Assembly: GCA_010405405.1 (NCBI GenBank)
Contig: MU004230.1
Location: forward strand, 3,010,627 to 3,074,626
DNA: 64,000 bases
Origin: Microthyrium microscopicum
Lineage: Eukaryota
Reading direction: 5' to 3'
The notes below the pieces were generated by a model. It was not told the origin of the DNA, did not search any database, and worked only from the letters and a program-made list of their open reading frames with translations. Both the position numbers and the translations under genes were made by a program. Positions 56,851 through 64,000 of this stretch are shown one piece after another (the first letter of the stretch is position 1; every line of letters begins with the position of its first letter).

Positions 56851-58655
56851 CTAGCCCAGCCTGACTTTCTTATACATCCGAAGACACTCCTGCATATCAC
56901 TAACAACCGTAGTCCCAGCCTCACCACCCATCCGATCCCCAATCAACCCCAAAAACAACGCCGCATAGCAAAACTCCTTCTTCCTCCCCTTCAACCCATC
57001 AAACTGCGCTCTCGTCATCCCCCCATTCTCCATCCACCCCTTCCACTCCCCCAACATCTGTCCCAACCGCCCCGCCACCTCCTCACTAACCACGCATTCC
57101 CACAAACACCTCTCCACAACCTCCTGCACCGTCTCCCCTTCCCCAACCACTCCCTCACCACTCAACCACGCCCTACACGCCTCCGTAACTACCCCACTCC
57201 CCATGCGTACACTGCCCAACGCTTCCACGCACTCTGCCTCCTCCGCGCGCGCCTTCTCTACCTGCGCGCGCTGAGCTTCGAAACTGCGCTCTCGTTGCTC
57301 GCGCATCATTCGGTCCAGTGATGCTTTCTGCCGCTGGTCCGGCGGCAGACGGCTTTCGGCCATGAGAGCTTGGAGGTGGGTATCGCGGCGCTGGTCTTCT
57401 GCTAGCCGTTCGAGTTGCGCGGTGGTCGCGCTGGAGGTGCGCCAGGTGGGGGCGGAGGATTCGGGGAGGAGGGAGAGGAGGACGAGGATGCCGGCGGGGA
57501 TGGTGGGTGTTGTGGAGAGGGTGGTTATTTCGGGCGGTGGAGTGAATGACTGGAAGGGAGATGCGTTAGTATTGTATGGTTGGTTGTTGTGAGATGGGGG
57601 GAATAGTTACCCAGAGACCGCCGTCAGGACGGAGGGCGGTGATGGCGCTGGCGAAGAAGGGGGCGAGGGGGGAGGGTGGCATTAGGTGGTGGGCTTTGTA
57701 GGGGTGTTGGGTGGGTTCGATTAGGATTGTGGAGAGGCCGTCGGTTGAGAGTCGGAGACGGATTGATTGGGCTTCTTTGGGGAGTTGGGATAGTGTGGAC
57801 ATGTATGAGTAGCGGGATATGCGGGAGTGGTGGGTGTGGATGGAGGATATGGAGAGTTTGAGATGCGCGTGTCGTTGGTGTTTGGGTTTGTCGGTGAGTT
57901 TCGCTTCGTCTTTGGATTCGGCCTTCTCATCGACAGTGTCTTTGATGGGAAGAAGGCCCAGTGTTGTTCCCTCTTCAGGGGCGCAGAGTCGAGACCAGTA
58001 TGGTGGTAGATCGCTTACGCTTCGATGGTCCCAATCTCCCTGCCAGTCTAGCACGAGAGCGAGTTTGCCATCGCTGTCTTCGCTTGTCGTTGTGCGAACA
58101 ACGGCGTCTGCTGTTTGTGGTGATTTGAGAAGTACAGTGCCCGCCGGTGTCCATAGGCCAGCGGCTCTCAGGTCACAAAAGCCTCCAGAGTCTGGTACGG
58201 CTCCTCGGTCGAGAAGAAAAGCCACAAGTTCTTCAAAGTCAATCTCAGCCGCGGGTTGCTCTAGCTCATCGTGATATTGGAGCCTGTAGCTTTTGGTACC
58301 AATAGGCATCTCGCGCCAGTGAAAAGTAGTCCATGAACCACCTTTCAACTCGCTATCGAGCTCGTTGATACTGAAGTAGTTGGAGTCGAAGCGATCCAGT
58401 GGCGTTAGCGATAGGCGAGGTATTTCAATTTCGATGATTCCCGAGAGCATAGACGATCGTGTAAGAGCAGCGACATGGTTTCTCAATAGTATTTTTCTGA
58501 TATCGCTCAATGTGACCACGGATTTATAGAATGTGTAGAGAGACGGAAGGACCTGGAATTGTTAGCTGCTTCGTCTTTTTGGATTCGAGATTTCTTACAC
58601 CAATGACTGCCAATGGTATACCCACATAAGTTATTATATCGACAGCTGAAGGCAT
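56851..58655 (-). CDS. Uncharacterised fungal protein with N-terminal hydrophobic helix; 3 exons (58655-58599, 58552-57611, 57549-56851)
   Basis: Three ORF pieces splice in frame through canonical introns. Begins MPSAVDIITYVGIPLAVIGVLPSLY; globular-looking core (FEELVAFLLDRGAVP..GLWTPAGT). Confidence 0.82.
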
Positions 58656-61600
58656 GTTTACAGCTTTTTTATCCCCTGGATTTAGGTACCTGGAAATGGT
58701 AGACTTCACCCACCAATGATAAGGTGAGCGCACCGCAATTCCAAGCTCTTTCAATTGATTACCCTAGGATCACTCGCATTTTTGAAATATCATTATACTG
58801 ATTAGACTCAGAACAATGTTTTGGAAGCCGCCGTTGCTTGTTACTTCTCTCAGTTTGTTCTCTTCTTTCCTTCTTTTACCCCTGAATTGTGACCCGTGCC
58901 CAAAAACGCCACAACAGATATCTCAACCTCAACTGATTATTTCACGATGATTTCAACTCCTCCGCTCTCCAAACTGCGACCATATCATTTTCGTTAGCTT
59001 ACGCATTGTTAATAATTACCATGGACAATCAGACACTAATCATAGAGTATGATAATTCCGCATATCGCGAGGAACTGCCATACATAAGGTACCTACCTAC
59101 CCAGCTTCCAATGCACGAGCATCTATAGGTCTTCAGCGAACCCATCGACAGTACGCCACTGGCCGCCTGGAGCATCAATTCATACCCTGTATGTCATATA
59201 GGTGCAGTCTCAGCTAATTAAGTTCGGATATTGCTGGTATTACAGTTAGTAGGTACGGGCAGTGAACTTTTGACAATGCAAAATTGATGCTAATCGATGA
59301 GTTCTTTCCAGGATGGTTGAGAACAGCCACCTATTGGCTGATTAAAGTTCACGCGATGCGTTTACTCCGCATTTTCGCGGATGTATATCCATTCATTAAT
59401 GACCCATATATTGCGTCAATTCAATCACAGTGTGCATTCCAGGATTTTGGATCCTCCAAATGAAGAATTGCAAGACTCCATTGGACAAGTTGGCGCCAAG
59501 ATACCCAGGAACGTCTAAGCGTGAAGGAATGGGATTTGATGTCTAGGATGAGAACCCTCAACAGAAGATATCCAGGATCAAAGTGGATGCATTGGCCGTG
59601 AGGAGCAAAGCAATGTGCTCTTAAGAGAGGCCGTCTCTGCTACTTCATATCCTCTTTGTTCACTTCCTTTTCAAAGGTTCTCATTCATACCTCACCTGCC
59701 AGAATGCCATTGCTCATGTCTCAGCTCGGAATTGCCGCCGCTTGTATGAAACTCTGTCCGAATGGGGCTAAACCTTCCAACCAAAGCCCTGGTTGATATT
59801 CACACCATCGCGCAAAAACCTGACTGAGTTTCGGCTCCGGCCCGAAGTTAGCTCTGTTCCATGGGCTACGATCTTGCGCAATCTCACCAACTCCTAGAGT
59901 GGGAAGTGGGAACAGATCGGAAAAGAGCCGGGAGGCAGTCTACTCTTGATCCAATTCGTTTTGTTCTATTTTACCCAAATGCCAAGGACAACTCTGGATT
60001 TGTATGCTTCAAATTTGAGGTCTTCAGGACTACGGTTGGTTACGATACTGAATGGCGGGCCTTAATCGAGACTTTTACGAATGCGAAGCAAAGTGTTCAT
60101 GGGAATCCCGACCAACAGGGTATATGCTCTCTGAAAACAATTTCCAAGGAACTCCCGGTTGAAAGAATCAGGGTTCAGTCAAACACAGAATGGAAATACG
60201 AAGTCTTCGCGTATTGATGCTCCCTTATGTTCCACGGTGCGTCAGATTAGGATGAATCGTCGGGAGAAAACAAAACAACACTAGATAAGGTTGGTAATGG
60301 ATACCGACTTTCTCCTTTGATGGTTGATGGAGTATCAGAGCGTCCAATACTCACACGGCCGGTACCCAATTAGGTACTGCATATACATCGGCCTTCCACT
60401 CCTTCACTGCGACTTCATGAAGCCACATGGGATTTCCGAACTCTTCTTCAAACTTGACACGATACGCCGAGCTGATTATGTGGAGAAAAAGCGCCCCAGC
60501 TGAGACATGATGATGAGACCAGCGTTCTCCGATATCAACCTTGCTAACGGATTAGGTAGGTCAGGACAACTCGCCTATCCGAAGCTAAAAGTGACAGGTT
60601 TGATGGGACATCTCACGTCCATTGACGCCAAGAACCGCGCGGAAGCCATAATAGTTCTTGATCACTTGGCCTGTCAAGCTATAAGCACCGTTATTAGCCA
60701 GATACCTAAACAATCAACGCCAACCGGAACTCGGGGGCTTTAAGCCTCAACAAGCCTTGACTACGACTTGGCTGTACCAAAAAAGGCTACCAATTGGATG
60801 TCACGGCTCATGTGCGTTGTTTCATGTCATGGCGTAAGATTTAGACTGGTATACTCATAAGGTAGGTGGTATTATGAATTACCTGCGGTCTCATTCGCCT
60901 TCCTTGCGGACAGGTAAGTTGACGCCATGTTTTCTCTTTCATGGTCTCGCACGGGGGTATACGGAATCGAGATAATAATACTTAATATAAGCAACTATAG
61001 GACACTGTTACTAAACTTGACTAGCTTCCGTCAATACTTGACTGAGACCACAGGCCAAGGCCTTGACCCCATCAATGCATAGCTCGCGTGGCAAGGCCTC
61101 AAGTCGCATTTGAACGTTTCAGATAAACAACAAACATGATTTGCACATCAGAGCCGCACGCTAACGTAGACCTGGTAGTTCTCAGCGATAGGTAGCGATC
61201 TTCCCCATGATCCTTGGAATCAGGGCCCATCCGCTAATGACGCAAGGCAGGTTTTGACACTACCAGGACACTACCTGTCTGTCGTTAGGATATGGTACCT
61301 TTGATTATACATGGCGCCCTGTACGGGGCGCTACATATTTATTGACTACACACATACTACTTACTGTTTAGGGCCTGGAATTCTGCAAAACCATTCCATT
61401 GGCTGCCCGCGCTCTGGTATTCTGCGGTTCACTATTTCAAGGGGCAGTCTATGCGGCCGAATGCAGTGTCTAAGTGTGACATGAGAACAGAGATGTCGAA
61501 GGTAGACCCAGCTGTCCGATGGCAAACGCTGGTCGCTATTTCGAGTAGCGAGCAACATCCTCAATTAACGATTGCGGTTGTGCAGGCACGGCGACTACCC

Positions 61601-62698
61601 TTATTCCAAACTTCAAAGATATGGAACTGTCCTCGACCATGTGGTTTCGCTTCTCCTGGCCTCTCCATGCTAATACATTGAGCGGAAGGGCGGACCAACA
61701 ATCCGTCAAAGTTGAATCCTTCTTACCGAGCCGAAGTAAGGCCCAGCTGGAGTACGCTTGGGGTACATGTTGATCGTCGTTAACTCTGCAATACACGTGT
61801 CTGTCAATCCTTCAGTATAGATGCATCCAGGGCGGTGGTACATTGGGTCACTTCTGAGCCCGAGCTCATTGCACTTAGTCCTTGGGGAAGTTTTGAGAAT
61901 TACCCTACTTCTATTCAATATTCTAGAATCAATCATCCTGCCAATTACATACAGCGCCGAGGTCCTTTGTTTCCATCACTATGGCACGCGGTAGCTGATT
62001 TTCGCTAATCTTCTGCCTATTATGATCCACGCAATCCAGGATCATTTACTCATGATGAGCATATAGTACTCCCGCATAGTATGCATGTCATCCGGCTGCC
62101 TGTCGTTCAACTATGGGCCTGTCTATTGGCAAAACTGGTCTTATCTTTTTGATATGTACTCCACATCTTGTTGTGTTACTGAGCTACTTTTCGAGCCCTC
62201 AATGTGACTTGCGTATCGGTGAGATGCCTACGGCCAATTTTTAAGTTGGTCAGATCACTTTGACATTACCACATACATATACATATTCATACACAAATGC
62301 TTTACCCCGTCATATTACCTCGCAGAACTTTCGATTTGGGGGGTTTCGACTGTGCACGGGTCCCTCACCTTGACAACCCCTACGATGGGTACAAATACGA
62401 TGACACTCACCCTGGCTGCCACGAGCCATCCGCTGAAATACAGTCCATGGAACCGTGGTAACGGAGTTGTGCCTCAGAAATGATTGCTCATCTGCTTGCA
62501 GTACACTCGGATACAAATGTAATCTTTAAGAAAGATCACATCCCGTTTCATGAGTCTGGTACTCTCTATACATACACACCCTCTCTATCGTTTCTTGTCG
62601 TCAGTCTACTCACTACCCTATATCTCTCATTCGCTAATACCTTCAATTGAATCCTTCTGGCCTCTATACACCTATCTCATACCTGACCTCACAGCATC

Positions 62699-63023
62699 AT
62701 GTGCGATTACACACAAGTCGAGTACGCCTGTGGCCATTTAAGGTACACTGTCAAGGCGTGGTGCGTAAAATATCAAGAAACCCACAAGCGTTGTCCAGCA
62801 AATGTTATTGCAATGTAAGTACCTGCAACCTCCTACAATACATTTCAACGCTGACACAGTAATAGAGAATACAGGCTAGACGAAAAGTGTGGTGAGTCTG
62901 ACACCGTTTCGTCTTCCAAGACGCTACAGATTCATGACACAAAAGCTTACCAAAACCAAAGGTGATTGTCGCGATACAGCTTCATGTAGAGGTCCATCAT
63001 GCACTTCTTCGACTTCCAGGTAA
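62699..63023 (+). CDS. Small Cys/His-rich protein, 67 aa (MCDYTQVEYACGH...CGDC), not in the ORF track; 3 exons (62699-62814, 62866-62891, 62962-63023)
   Basis: GTAAGT and GTGAGT donors with CTGAC/CTTAC branch sites; exons total 204 nt in frame; ATCATG start context. Confidence 0.82.
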
Positions 63024-64000
63024 ACGGACTCCCTGTGCCTCGCATTTGCGCGCATTGCAAAAAAACGATTATTGGCTTCTTGCTTTTCTTCGCATCGCAC
63101 GCTTGCTGGCACTATAAAGAAGGGCTATATGAGAGTCATGTTTGGGGGGATTACAGCGTATGGGACGCCCTCATTTCTCAGAAGCACCTGCACTTTCACA
63201 CCACATCCTTCGTGTTACTTTTTGATATATTTTCAGCGTTGGACAAGTCATACTAACGTATTACCTTAGATATGCCCGAATGTACAAGAGGTACTGAAAT
63301 CCACCTTGTCACATGAAAGCCGCTACCCTTGTTACGCAACGATCGGGTTTGTGTCACCATCCATGGAGCAGCGCTACCATGCGAATCATCTATATTTTCC
63401 GTAATGTCGACAGCGCGGGTCCGCAAGCTCTTCCCTTCTTCTTTTCTTCTTCATTGGTACTTAGCATTGGCAAGGACGTCAGGGCGCACAAAAAACAAAG
63501 GCATCTCGGTATTTTAGAGGACTGGACTATTTTGAGGTTCAGAAACGTTTTTTTGTTTTGTGAAACATTGGGATATCCTGCTTCGTGGGGAAACAGGCCA
63601 CTTGCATGGAATATGGCGTTGTCAAAATCTTGACATCTTTTACTTCTGATGGGACTGAGATTATCGCTTACCATTCTTAGACCGGAAGGTTACAAGCGTT
63701 GTACATAGGTCACTTTGGCTATGGCCACGGCATACGCGAGATGAATCAATGAAAGCTCGTGATAATTGAATAGATCAACATGAATGATGCATGTCAAAGT
63801 GAGGTACAACCTAGACCTGGCTAGATTGACTTGTAAATATTTCGGAATTACCTGCGCCCTGTCTCAGGCCGCGCGCGTTTGTATCAGTACCCGCTTTATG
63901 ACCTATACGGGGTTGGTACTGGACCAAATCGGTCGCTGTCCACGTTTACACAAGTCTTGGTATCGTTTGAACGCATCTGATTCGCGGCTTAAGTTCCTAA

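Noticed and set aside
1..64000. CRISPR arrays, tRNA/rRNA genes, telomeric repeats, transposons, secondary-metabolite cluster
   Set aside because: No repeat-spacer arrays, cloverleaf signatures, TTAGGG tracts, transposase/RT ORFs, LTR/TIR pairs or PKS/NRPS genes were visible by eye. Small ncRNAs could have been missed without covariance-model searches.
63024..64000. Short ORFs at the window end
   Set aside because: No motifs or consistent splice structure; likely 3' UTR and intergenic DNA.

Overview
Gene-dense eukaryotic DNA from a filamentous ascomycete (Pezizomycotina-type). It has short GT-AG introns with CTRAC branch sites and no sign of operons, CRISPR arrays, rRNA or tRNA genes, or intact transposons. 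I can support about 20 protein-coding genes, with exon boundaries worked out by hand. Conserved housekeeping genes: TRM82, PEX5, AHA1, STN1, midasin MDN1, mitochondrial L12, CTK3, CDC24 and a FWD-1/beta-TrCP-like F-box/WD40. A small accessory block at 2-8.5 kb holds a Cys-rich microprotein, a GFA-family protein, a GH43, a HET-domain protein and a GST. The window also has an S10 carboxypeptidase and several unusual or uncharacterised genes. Most notable: (1) two apparently homologous MC-x8-CGH Cys/His microproteins 60 kb apart, one of them a 3-exon gene absent from the ORF track; (2) a secreted protein with GPPW repeats fused to a CDH-type cytochrome (AA8-like) domain; (3) a 2357-aa coiled-coil protein with His-patterned 24-aa repeats, an RVxF motif and NPF motifs; (4) a transcription factor with a WRKY/FAR1-like region and a Zn2Cys6 cluster at the extreme C-terminus. 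I cannot show a new multi-gene system from the sequence alone. All family calls come from motif recognition, not database searches.
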